DNA from: Catajapyx aquilonaris
Taxonomy: Eukaryota
Assembly: GCA_000934665.2 (NCBI GenBank)
Contig: JYFJ02002888.1
Location: 1 to 49,366 of the forward strand
Direction: 5' to 3'
Length of the DNA: 49,366 nt
Shown: positions 1-9,856 of the stretch, in pieces
Numbering within the stretch: position 1 is the stretch's first letter
How the letters are laid out: the number at the start of each line of letters is the position of its first letter
Position numbers and translations under genes: made by a program
The notes under the pieces: model-generated
What the model saw: only the letters and a program-made list of their open reading frames with translations
Told to the model about the DNA's origin: nothing
The model's database searches: none

Positions 1-99
1 CCCCTATGTTTACATAAATATGCGACCTCCTCCCTGAAACCCCCCCCCCCCCTTTTTTTTTGCTAATGTGTGGATGTGACTCGCTCTTGAATTTTGCGC

Positions 100-420
100 C
101 ACTCTCTTTGATGTATTCTAGCAGCCGATAAAACATGTCAAATGAAGATTTCTCCACTTTTTTCTGCCAGCCAGAGTTCAAGTTTTAATAAAATTTCCCT
201 TATTTTTTCATGTGATGAAACAATGTCGCTTGATTTGACCCCTTGCAGAGAAGCGTTGAGTACATTCAGCTCCTCAAACATATATTTGCAAAATATGCCA
301 GCTTAAAAAACAAAGTGATTTTCAATCATTGCATCAGCTTCTCCTGGATAGCTTCTTTCCTTGAAATATAAGTGCAGCTTGACTGGGTCCGCAGCAAGCT
401 CGGTAGCGGGTCCTCCGCAC
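100..420 (-). pseudogene. Decayed hAT (Buster/Charlie-type, ZBED5/SCAND3-like) transposase fragment
   Basis: Minus-strand translation across two frameshifts gives ...LHLYFKER...HFVFKLAYFANI/FEELNVLNASLQGVKSSDIVSSHEKIREILLKLELWLA/KVEKSSFDMF. This matches the 'LAYLxDIFxxLNxLNxSLQG...KLxLW...FxMF' block typical of Buster-type hAT transposases. Confidence 0.75.
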
Positions 421-809
421 ACAGAGGAGAGCACGGTCTTAGAATAGTACTTTAAGACGATGGAGGAGAGCCTTAGGGAAAACCTTGCCATCAGATTTCT
501 CTCACCAAACTACGGTTCAAACATGAAACTCGTACACAGTATTCACTCATTTTTTAAATTAAATTATTCATTATTGCACACGAATTTCAAAAAAATGTCG
601 AACCAAAGCTCCCGACCCCCAGCGATCCTTCCTGCGACCCCCTTGGGGGTCGCAACCTCCAGGTTGGAGCAGGTATAAGCAGCCAAAATTTTCTTTTGTG
701 CAAGCCACTTACCGGCTGTGCCATGTCCAACATTGCTGGACTGTGTCAATGCTTTGGACCAAAACAGGGAGTAAGTTCACAGTAAGACTAAGTCCAAGGG
801 TGTACCTTG

Positions 810-857
810 CCTGCACCCCCAAGGGGACCACCTCGCACCCCAGGTTAAGAACCCCTG
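810..857. mobile_element. hAT (Buster-type) terminal inverted repeat end
   Basis: 843-857 reverse-complements to CAGGGGTTCTTAACC, a typical Buster terminus, and is followed by atcTAgac (858-865), which fits the nnnTAnnn 8-bp target. The partner end is not seen in the window. A second degenerate end-like motif (gggggtcgcaacctccaggttgg) lies at ~645-667. Confidence 0.6.
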
Positions 858-968
858 ATCTAGACCATGAAAAAATCCCTAGAAGAGCCTAAAACAATAT
901 ACTGATTCACAGTTCCCATGTAATTAGATTTTCAACTGATAGCACACATAGGCCGCCTCTCCTCAATA

Positions 969-1234
969 ATAATGATAATGGATACCCCGTGATAAGCCCC
1001 TTGGGCCTCTTAGGGGATCATCTTTTGAATAACCGACTTTAATCATTTGCCTGTAATGCGATGGATTTTGATTGTGGGAGGAAACGGGAGAACCCCGAGA
1101 AAACCCACACGAACACGGAGAGAACCCATCGAAACTCTATCCACATAAGTATCCTTCGTCCGACCCGGGGATCGAACTCGGGATCTTAGAGGTGGAAGGC
1201 TGCGGCGCTAACCACTCGGCCACCGTGTCGCCCC
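969..1234 (-). mobile_element. tRNA-derived SINE, family A (V-domain-like centre), full length
   Basis: Minus strand starts GGGCGACACGGTGGCCGAGTGG (A box) then GAGTTCGATCC (B box). The centre reads TTCTCTCCGTGTTCGTGTGGGTTTTCTCGGGGTTCTCCCGTTTCCTCCCACA and there is a short (ATT) tail. 13-bp TSD cctctcctcaata at 956-968 and 1237-1249. A second copy lies at 13824-14156. Confidence 0.9.
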
Positions 1235-1884
1235 TACCTCTCCTCAATATTCACACATACAGCTCTTGGCAACAAGACCCACCTGCTTACACCATTCAAC
1301 TATAGCCATCATGCTGCCATAATAGATGGGGAAAAAAGGGTTGCTGTTCATGGTATTGGATTTCTGTTGAAATCTGCTCCCTTATTTCCAAGCTGTCTGG
1401 ACATGCACTCCATGTCCCTGTCCCCTCATCACAATCCACGTGCAGTCTGAGCCACACGGGTTCCCTCCCAATGAGCAAGGTTCCAAGTGGACTCAAGCCA
1501 CACCTCCTTCCACTAAGCAAGGCCTTGCCGTTGCCAGATGGTGCAAGTGCTCCCACCTAAGCCCCAACCCCAAACCACTCTCTCTCTCCAGAAACGATAG
1601 TACAGCCAGAGGCTCACTGGCCCAGTTTTACATATGAACACACATCAGCATGCCATCTTCATATGGATAATGTAGATCAGAATATTCAGGGCCACTAGGT
1701 TAGGACAGATTAAAAGACAGTAACAAGGGAATTGATAAACAATGTAACTTGGAACAAGTTACTAATTGTGTTGCGGTTAGGTAACTACTGGACATGCTGC
1801 AAATCACCATTACTGATCAGTGATCACTTTTTCCCAACACGCTGTAGAGAGGGGCAGGCAAAATCTCTACATTTCCCAAATGTA

Positions 1885-2066
1885 ATAGACACATGACACA
1901 TTTTTGTATAATCACCTAGCAGATGGACCAGTTCACATTCTAGTAGTTGACTAGGGAGCAGGATGCGAGTGTGATAATAATTCCTGGTGGGATTTTGCAA
2001 GGTTGCCTCTTTCCCCTTCCTAGGTAACCAGTGTAGGTATGCAGGTCCATCTGTCAGGTGATCTCA
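1885..2066. repeat. Degenerate copy of the fold-back element at 2563-2993, centre in opposite orientation
   Basis: Shares ctagggagcaggat and tagg(t/c)aacca(g/c)tgta...ccatctg(t/c)cagg blocks. Its centre gggattttgcaaggttgcctcttt is nearly the reverse complement of aaagaggcaacctcgcaaaactcc at ~2776-2799. Confidence 0.65.
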
Positions 2067-2562
2067 GGGTTGAGATGAATCCATACACATAATGAAACAC
2101 ATGTAAGGGGATACTCAATTGCAACCCTGGAACCATAGCTAGATTTTTTGGAGAGGAAAGGACTTTATACATCTTCATGTGTCATCCATGTCCCTCATGC
2201 CCATCCTTATGAGGGCACAGTGGCATAGCGTGGGTTGCCAGTGCCTAGGCCCTAGGGCAAGGCAAGTATTGCACTCCCTAAACACATTAGCCCTCCCTTC
2301 CACCAGCCCATTAATGAAACCTCTCTCTCCCCCGCACCAGAACACATAATTATTGTAAGAAAACACTGATGTAAAGTGGTTCGCAATGCTGCTCAAAAAA
2401 CAAGACAGGAACATGAATGAAGTTTGTTAGTGGGCTTACATTTAGCGGAACGAAACTTAGCGGAAGCTAATTGGTCCTTTACAAAGTTAGTGGGAACGCT
2501 AATATGCTATCAAAAATGTGATTTTGGGTCCGCTACTTAGTGGTTAGTGGAACCCTGCCCAC

Positions 2563-2993
2563 CACTGGCAGCTCACTCGTTGCCCCAAAACAAGGTAAGG
2601 GTGAGAAGTGTCAAGAGACCACATAATAAAGCGGTAGATGACCACACACATTGGTCTGCCCCTAGACACATGTGGCAACACACAAGATACTGTTTTGTAG
2701 GGAGATCGCCTGGACCAGCTCACCTTACATTAGTTGCCTAGGGAGCAGGATATGAGAATAATTATCATTACTGAGAAAGAGGCAACCTCGCAAAACTCCA
2801 TCAGTAATGATTATCATGCTCATATCCTGCTCCATAGGCAACCACTGTATGCACACAGGCCCATCTGCCAGGCTATCTCCCTACATTTGTGTCTAGGGGC
2901 AGGCTAATGTGTCTGGCTGCCTACATCGTTACCGGCTGGTCCCTCGACACTACATTTTTACCATGATTTGGTTCAATGAGTAACCTGCTGGTT
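2563..2993. mobile_element. Imperfect fold-back (MITE-like) element
   Basis: Long imperfect inverted arms: gttgcctagggagcaggatatgag pairs with ctcatatcctgctccataggcaac, ctgcccctagacaca with tgtgtctaggggcag, and gtagggagat with atctccctac. Ends are approximate. Confidence 0.7.
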
Positions 2994-3421
2994 GGATGAT
3001 ATACAATAGGCTACTAGTAAGAAACACCCTGTATATGGGCCTTATGTGGAACCTCATTGGAATTCTACCTGGCCAACCTAACTGTAGGGATTCTCAGGGA
3101 CACCTACTGGTAGGTGTATGAGTAGTTTCAATGCCCTTGTTCACACTGAAGCATTCAAAGCAGCTAGGGTTGATTACACCAATTTTTGTGCCCCCAAGCT
3201 GCTCCCTTTTAGTTAGGATAGCATTGCCCATTTCAAACTTCGACATAACCATGTGTGAGCCAGTTCACCTTCTGGTAAGTGGCACTACAATGACAGTCCA
3301 TTTAGTGAATAGTGTTATGTCAAAATCTAAGGATCTCTGCCCCGACTATTGATTTTACTGGTCATCAAGATGCTGCCTGTAAGCATCAAATAATTCAGCT
3401 GCCTACTACACAGGTACTTAC

Positions 3422-3687
3422 TTTTGTTGCGATATCCTCCCAGTCAATTAGGTCCGGATACTCTCTGAATAAATCACTATCTGACATTATTGGAAGTTCC
3501 TCAATCTGTGCAGTCACACCAGCTATCTTCTCCTCCAACCTCTTTCCCTCTTCCTCCTGGTTCTTCTTCTGAGGTTCATCCTTACTGATAATGTAGTCCT
3601 CTTTCCTAGAGCAGAGACTGTTTGCCAACTTTTCGGTGATGCTGGCCTTAACCGCTGCCCTCAGTTTGTCCTCATGATAATATGCCC
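3422..3687 (-). CDS. SNAPC4: Internal coding exon of an SNAPC4-like gene (region leading into the first Myb/SANT-like repeat)
   Basis: Acceptor cctttcag|GG at 3688/3687 and donor AAA|gtaagt at 3422/3421; 266 nt, phase 1 to phase 0, no stops. Translation: xAYYHEDKLRAAVKASITEKLANSLCSRKEDYIISKDEPQKKNQEEEGKRLEEKIAGVTAQIEELPIMSDSDLFREYPDLIDWEDIATK. This parallels the SNAPC4 segment as I recall it ('W....LLRKSV....LL.P..LKLEY....EKEIQDINQLPEEALLG....DWEKIS'). Confidence 0.7.
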
Positions 3688-3759
3688 CTGAAAGGATGCA
3701 GAATCAAGTCATACACTCATTTTAAATAGCACCTAAAAATTATATTCTCACATTTAGTG

Positions 3760-4230
3760 TTTGGGGGGATTCACTCTTGGCACGTCCAACCCTGACCTCA
3801 TTAACTAAACTGACCAGTGCCACGGTTAAAGGTGTTGCACACCAGTCAACACAGCCGGATAGTGTTGTTCCGTCTGACTACTCAAGTGAAAATATTAGTG
3901 TTCCTCTCCCCCAAACAAGTGCACCACGGCCCCAGTTTAGTGCTTCCAATACCGCAGTTTTCCCAGGGCCAATCTCCTTCCCCAATCTCATGGCTCCTCT
4001 CACAAAAAAATATCCAAAAGTGTCAAACCCACTATCACTCCCACCCATGGTGAAGCCCTCATATAATATTACCACCAAAAACAGCACCAAACACTGCCCA
4101 GGAGTGAAACTGCCCAAAAGTTTGCCTTCCAAGAGTCAGAAACCACCTGATTATTGTGACCAGCCCCCTGCAACTCCCTATCTAGCCCTATGGTGATGGT
4201 TGGTTAATATAAAAGTCTCCCCCAGCCTGG
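3760..4230 (+). pseudogene. Possible decayed ORF1 of the adjacent LINE
   Basis: Pro/Ser/Thr/Lys-rich open frames sit directly upstream of, and on the same strand as, the LINE endonuclease fragment. No diagnostic motif was recognised. Confidence 0.3.
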
Positions 4231-4500
4231 AATTTGACGCTGGCATGGCCACACAGGGATCTTGTGGTTCGGGTGGCTGACTGGCGATCTGCGAATGCCC
4301 TCCGGACCCAGCTGCAATGGAAAGAATGGTTCGGATTGGTTCAGGGGTCCACGCATGTCCACCTGAACCACAAGATCCCTGTGGGGTTCCACCAGCACCG
4401 CGGACAGACATTTTTATATTACACTACCGTATCATAAGAGTTGCGGGGGGCTGACTGTGAACCTAAACCTACATCCACTATCCGGCAGTCTAAACTCACC

Positions 4501-5172
4501 GTAATGTCATGGAATATCGCAGGGTTAAAAATCTCAACAGCGTGAAACGATGCACTTACGATCAACAACAATATTCTTAGATAGTTGGATCTTAGAAACG
4601 TGGGTGGAAGAAAGTTTAAATCTTCCTTGGCTATCAGATTCCTTCATGTTTTTTGTACCGCAAAAAGACATTCCAAGTGTGACCGAGCATCAGGTGGCCT
4701 GTTGCTAATTGTAAATAGAGCTCTAAACCCAGAGATGATTTCTTCAAATGACACCCATATTGGCATTGAGTTTACCGACTCTTCCGGCTTACGATATTTT
4801 TTCTTTTTAATTTTTGTCCCACCTGCTCTCACTTTGAACGAGGTTTTTGACCCCTAGCGAAACATTGAAGACACATCCTCTGAAAACAATGTCCCAGTTA
4901 TTCTATGAGGAGATATTAACGCAAGGACTGCAAACAGGATGGGAACTTTACCGATAATGGATTTTTGCAACCCTGCAAATTAGTCCTTAAATAACTAACT
5001 CAAAGGACAATAAACTAATTCAAAAGAAAATGAACTCATCAAATAAACTGAGAAATTCTTTTACTTTCTCCTTAATGGAATTATGCCATCAGATTACCCT
5101 GGTGCTTATACCTATGTAAGTAAAATTGGTCAGAGCACAATTGATTACATAATGGTATCACAAAATCTTATA
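4501..5172 (+). pseudogene. Non-LTR retrotransposon (LINE) ORF2 apurinic-like endonuclease domain, decayed
   Basis: Ordered APE motifs with stops and frameshifts: VMSWNIAGL (4501), LETW (~4592), RASGGLLLIV (~4684), IL*GDINART (~4900), LNG..P.D.PGAYTYVSKIGQSTIDYIMVS (5071-5160). It is cut by the Tc1/mariner insertion just before the expected SDH motif, with a weak possible continuation at ~5951-6030. No RT domain is present. Confidence 0.9.
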
Positions 5173-5174
5173 TA

Positions 5175-5950
5175 TTAGGGTGATTCATATAAAACTGACA
5201 CAATTCTTTCTTTCTTTATTCGGATGAACATGCACATAATGGCCCCTTTTTAGTTTCGAATTAAGCGGGATCCTTTGCTGTTATGATTCCTTGTCTACGC
5301 ACAGAACACACGCTATTGGGCCGTCCAAAATGCACACATCATTCATCAAACACCAATGCACCCAGTGAAAGTCGGGGTTTGGTGCGCAATCTCAGCACAG
5401 AGAATAGTGGGACCAATTTTTTTCCACCGGACTGTTAACACTGATGAGTACCGACACATTTTCATGGCATTTGTTGAGCAACTGGATGACGTAGAGCTGG
5501 GTAAAGGATATTTTCAACAAGACGGTGCCACATGCCATACATCAAACAAATCCATGGAGCTCATTGAAAGTTTCTTTGTCGACCGCATAATTTCCAAGAA
5601 TCTGTGGCCACCGAGATCTCCAGATTTGACAAGCCCTGACTTCTTTCTATGGGGTTTCTTAAAAGACAGTTTACGCCACACGCCCCCGAACGTTGGACGA
5701 TTTGAAGCAGAACATTACACAAGAGATCAATGGTCTTGACAAGAGCCTTCTCCAACGAATGGCCAGCAACATGGAACGACGTGTTTCACTGTGCTTAGAG
5801 CAGGAGGGAGGACATTTTCAACATTTCCTCTAGAGTTTAGTATTCTCCCAAAGTTACTCTACATTTGAGGTACAATAAATAAATAAATACACAATTCTTG
5901 TTAAAATTAATTGAGAACGAATTGTGTCAGTTTTATGTGAATCACCCTAG
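5175..5950 (+). mobile_element. Internally deleted Tc1/mariner (IS630 superfamily, rosa/DD41D-like) DNA transposon
   Basis: 31-bp TIRs tagggtgattcatataaaactgacacaattc (5176-5206) and gaattgtgtcagttttatgtgaatcacccta (5919-5949), with 1 mismatch. They enclose a transposase C-terminal fragment. Confidence 0.9.
5300..5832 (+). pseudogene. Tc1/mariner transposase catalytic-domain fragment
   Basis: HPVKVGVWCAIS..RIVGPIFF...YFQQDGATCHT...RIISKNLWPPRSPDLTSPDFFLWGFLKD, then a frameshift into ...RRVSLCLEQEGGHFQHFL*. The N-terminus and first catalytic Asp are deleted. Confidence 0.92.
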
Positions 5951-6029
5951 CATGGGACTGACAATGAGTAGCAAAATGGTGACTGACATTCTTATGCTCC
6001 CATATGTGCCCATTCACTGTGTTTAGAGA

Positions 6030-6137
6030 TACCACATGAACTGTCGCCGACACCCCCCCCCCCCAACCCCGCGACCAACCGTGGTAAATCACCAGACCCC
6101 CCCCCCCAAATGGTCACGTGGTATTGGCACGGCCCTT
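6030..6137. mobile_element. Right end of a Harbinger-like MITE
   Basis: Poly-C tracts ending in cacgtggtattggcacggcccct followed by tta, resembling GGGGCCGT...ACGTG termini with a TWA target. The left end was not found. Confidence 0.4.
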
Positions 6138-6743
6138 TATAGGATGGGCTTGTCATATATGTCATGGCAACTTTAAAAAATTCTGCTGACGAAACTAGAG
6201 AGTTTTCCCCTATGTAACGTGGTTTCTGTGTGGGTTTTTTAATTTTCTCTCACGTAAAAAATCGCGAACTTTGGACTACAAAATCTTGCATANGGCCGAG
6301 GAACCCCCCCCCCCCCCCCCATTACAACCTTGGCCAGCAAATTTTCGTATACAGAGTTATCCCCAAACCTCCTCAAGAGATTCCACCCTAAAATTAGTCC
6401 AAAAGATAATTCAATATTTAAAATAAATAAATAATGTTTGTAAACGCTAACTAGCAGCTGGCGGGCCACTGCGCAACTCCCACCCGACCTTCTCCAACAT
6501 GGAGGGGCGCATGCCCGGCGCGGCTTTTGAACAGCTGTAGGCAGGTTTCCACTCGGGTGGGGTGTGTATGTTTATCTCTGTAACTGGGATGCCTGCCCTG
6601 TGACGTAATATTCATGCATACTGGTCTGTTCAGCAGCGCCAGGGTGACATACACATATACTTCTTCTCAGCGCAGGAGTGACAAAAAATTGGAGAAAAAA
6701 ATATGTAGGCGCGAAACGCACCCCTGCAGCATCTGTTGAGACA

Positions 6744-7138
6744 TGTAACGGGGGGATGAGTAAGGATGGAATGACCATGTGTAAAGGATGACAGGAAATG
6801 TGTATCAGTAGGTATAGTCATGCTGTGTGACTGAGGAGAATCTGACTAAGGAGCCGTACTGGTATATAAGCCGCGGAGAAGAGGCAGCCAGAGAGAGCAG
6901 AGATCAGAGAGCAGAAGGACCAGCCAGGGGGCAGCCAGGGGCCAGAGGAGGACCTGACCCGAAGCCAAGGACCTTAAGCACGAACATTGATTCAGGGGGC
7001 TCTCAGTGTGGTTGGTGTACATACGTGTGATTGTACCTGCTGAGGACGTAATTAAAGGACATCTCAAAGCAACCTCCCATGTGTGATGATTAACCGGAAA
7101 GTGCCCCCCCCGACCCGTTGTGGCCCGGGCACCTTACC
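6744..7138 (+). mobile_element. Probable solo LTR
   Basis: Begins TGTAAC, has TATATAA at ~6863 followed by a purine-rich tract, has ATTAAA at ~7051, and ends ...CTTAC(C); ~395 bp. The terminal CA is mutated and no TSD was found. Confidence 0.5.
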
Positions 7139-7419
7139 TGCGTATCCCTGTCCAACCCTGCGGATCCCATCCCAACTATCCCGTACCATCCTGTCCCCAA
7201 ACCCATCCTTATCCACCCCATTTCCCCGCTACAAATATAAGAATTTAAATCTCCACATGATATGGCAAGAGAGCCCCATAAATGGCCTCAGGTTCAAGCC
7301 TAGACACTACACGATGTTACTTACTAGATTAGTCACGTGTGGTCCCTCAAATGACAACGCAAGCTATGTTTTTGCAGATTCTTGCAAAAACACGAAAAAC
7401 CAGCCCGTCTAATTAGGGT

Positions 7420-7946
7420 TAAGGAGCTGCAGTAGCGAAAATATGCAAAGCGAGCAATTTTCAGGTTTTGCTTTTTCGCGTCTTTTACGTCACGAATCGA
7501 GCGAATTTTTGGAAAAATTATCAGGCATTTTCGTATCCACTATGCGATAATACTTACTCGTTAGTTCTGGAGCATGCGCTGTGCAGCAGGGCAGGTAGGA
7601 GGGAGGACGGGGTCGGGGTCGGTGTGCGGATGCTGGCCGGGTCGGGAGTTTGCGACAAAAAAATAGGTAACTTCCGAGCTCGGGCATCAGCATTCCTAAC
7701 ATGGCCGAGGAAGGCCGACAAGTCCGCGTGGCGGCGCTGGGTGGCTCGAACCAGCTCCAAAATTCGCTTCTATCTGGCTCTGCCAGAGGAGTGCGATTTT
7801 TAGTTTAGTCGCGTGAGTGACCAAAATTTGCTCGCGTCTAGGAGAAAATCGCCGATACGTGAATGCCTTTGGCCAGACGCGAATAAGCTGAAAGCTGAAA
7901 TTCGCTCGCTTTTGAGCCAAATCGCGTATATGTGAATGCACCTTTA
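7420..7946. mobile_element. Degenerate inverted-repeat (Harbinger-like) non-autonomous element
   Basis: Left aaagcgagcaattttcaggttttgctttttcgcgtc pairs imperfectly with right gacgcgaataagctgaaagctgaaattcgctcgcttt. The right terminus reads TAAAGGTGCATTCACA on the minus strand. CpG-rich. Confidence 0.5.
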
Positions 7947-8174
7947 TACTGCCTCCAGAAAACATTTGACTGGAACATGTTTATTGGAGGCAGCGAAACA
8001 GACCTAAGCAGTTTAAAATATGTTCAGCTATACATAACATATCACATGCATAACATTGCTTTAGACATTGGTCCCCCGAGTTACCCCTGGATGCCAAAAT
8101 TCAGCATATATGCAACAAACCACATACTGATCAAATATTCTATTACACAAAAAAAATATTCTGACATTTTACAC

Positions 8175-8337
8175 CTAGGTCTTCTTCATCATCTCTTAGC
8201 AAATTTGGGGCAATCATGTCAGACTCGGCGTCACATTCCAAGGATGGATCACTTCTGCTCTCTGGCTTCCAGGACGGGATTAACCACACCTGCTGTTTCT
8301 CGTTCCTTCTATCTGGCTTATTCAATGGCTTCAAAAC
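8175..8337 (-). CDS. Candidate exon of the SNAPC4-like gene (acidic N-terminal segment; may be part 5'UTR with start at MIAPNLL)
   Basis: Acceptor catttccag|GTT at 8338/8337 and donor CTAG|gtgtaa at 8175/8174; 163 nt open: VLKPLNKPDRRNEKQQVWLIPSWKPESRSDPSLECDAESDMIAPNLLRDDEEDL+G. It ends in phase 1, compatible with both the 3687 and the 10267 acceptors. Confidence 0.5.
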
Positions 8338-8483
8338 CTGGAAATGGAGCAAAACAGCTATTAAATAATCTGGGCAAGTAGAACATGAAAATAGATTATC
8401 AATAATTATATTTGTACGTTACAATATACAGAATAACTTTCTTGATAACCATTCCAGAAGACTGTTGAAATCATTGTACTTAC

Positions 8484-8670
8484 CAAGAAATAAATTACTA
8501 CTTTTCTGCGACTTGCCTGTCACTTTGGATTACTCCCAAATTTACTTGTTTCTTGAAAAGTACGACGATTTCAGCAAATCCATTAGGCACCCTTCTCAAA
8601 TTTGTTATTCCGTATAATTTAACATATTTCATAACTAAATCAGCCTAACAGTTGGCCGGCAGCACTTTAA
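8484..8670 (-). promoter_or_regulatory. Candidate non-coding first exon / TSS region of the SNAPC4-like gene
   Basis: Strong donor TTG|gtaagt at 8484/8483 gives a 146-nt intron to the 8337 acceptor. An in-frame TGA in this exon implies UTR. A GGCAGCACT motif lies at ~8658 and an NRF1/Ewg-like TGCGCATGCG at 9362-9371. The upstream boundary is inferred. Confidence 0.3.
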
Positions 8671-8784
8671 TTTCGAGTTTTTACAGCGGTATTTTTGGGA
8701 ATTAATTTACGGACTTCTATGGGAGGGAAATTGTTTTCAACACATTCATAACGTTTTCTCTGAATGGGCAAGTAGAGATGTTAT

Positions 8785-9091
8785 ACCGAAGCAGTAGTGG
8801 TGTAGTAGTATGGTGTCCGACTGCTAATCGGGAGGTCCTGGGTTCGAATCCCGGAGGCCGGCGACCCTGACCATGGTTTTCTGTGGTTTCCCATGGCTTG
8901 CAGGATAATTCCGGGGTCGTTACCGTAATATAGGCCACAGCCGCCCCCTTCCTTCCCTTTCCCTGCTTCATTCCGGTGATGAGAAAAATAGTAAAAATGG
9001 AAGAGTTCCAGACAAAAAATTGGGAGAAATCCCCCCCTAGGAAAGCCCGTAGGCTGATAATGGGGTATCAAATTATTATATTATTATTATT
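8785..9091 (+). mobile_element. tRNA-derived SINE, family B, full length
   Basis: A box tggtgtagtag and B box ggttcgaatcc. The centre cctgaccatggttttctgtggtttccc...caggataattccgggg...taggccacagccgcccccttcc resembles widespread insect SINE cores. (ATT)n tail. Perfect 15-bp TSD aagtagagatgttat at 8770-8784 and 9092-9106. Confidence 0.9.
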
Positions 9092-9538
9092 AAGTAGAGA
9101 TGTTATTATTTGTAAAATATCTTGTTCGTATCTTCAGCGCATGAGTAAGTGGAAAACTAGGCGGTGGCAGATATGGCTGGTACCTGGCGGTCGAGTTCTC
9201 AGCGCCTAGATTCTAGGCGGCTGGGGCTCAAGGGATTAATTGGTGTCCCACACTTATTTTCTTGATTATGAAAAATACGAACATTTTTACTGGGACATGT
9301 CTCCGTAATAATATATCTTTTAAAGCTTAAAAAGTCAAGAGTCAAAGCTGCCAGGCATCTCTGCGCATGCGTAACTGGCACCATGCTGACCTGGCTCTGT
9401 CTGACTGGCTACTCTGGTGTCCATGTACCACTGTGCCTTACTTGTGCACCTGTTGAACAGGTGGGCTGTGGTATCTTACCAGCTAGTGATATGGGATATC
9501 AAGGAGAGTGAAACTAACATTATGAGCACATCATAATT

Positions 9539-9856
9539 GGATCGTGTTATGCAATAATGGGTCAACCCACAAAAATGTCAAAACTGAGTTAAGCCCAGGA
9601 ACATACACCCAAAGGATCGTAATTCATTCAGTTAAAATCTAGGTGGCGAAATCTGCATACTTCTGGCACAAATGACTGAAATGATAACTCACAAAATAAT
9701 GGTGTACATGGATGGTGTTATGCAATAATTTGTGAACCCACAAAAATGTCAAAATTGAGCTAAGCCCAGGAACATATACCTAAGGTATGAGCTTCAAAGC
9801 CCCTTTTCTCAAAACTGTTCTCACGTGGGTTGACTCATTATTGCATAACACCTTCC
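9539..9856. mobile_element. Sola-like MITE with a duplicated left end
   Basis: TIR ggatcgtgttatgcaataatgggtcaacccac (9539-) pairs with gtgggttgactcattattgcataacaccttcc (-9856). AATT flanks both sides (9535-9538, 9857-9860), the 4-bp AWWT target of Sola1. The left ~76 bp is repeated at ~9710-9785. Confidence 0.7.

Noticed and set aside
1296..1556. Next SNAPC4 exon (expected RS..EC...W....HP.IN...W)
   Set aside because: No frame in 1-3400 shows this motif; the exon is probably left of the window.
3777..4196. 139-aa Pro-rich ORF as a host gene
   Set aside because: TTG start, no splice support, and it abuts a decayed LINE ORF2 on the same strand inside an intron.
8790..8865. tRNA gene (and the similar heads at ~1160-1234, ~12000-12077, ~15047-15125, ~22915-22990, ~24992-25065)
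   Set aside because: A/B boxes are present but there is no complete cloverleaf; each continues into a SINE body with a tail and TSD.
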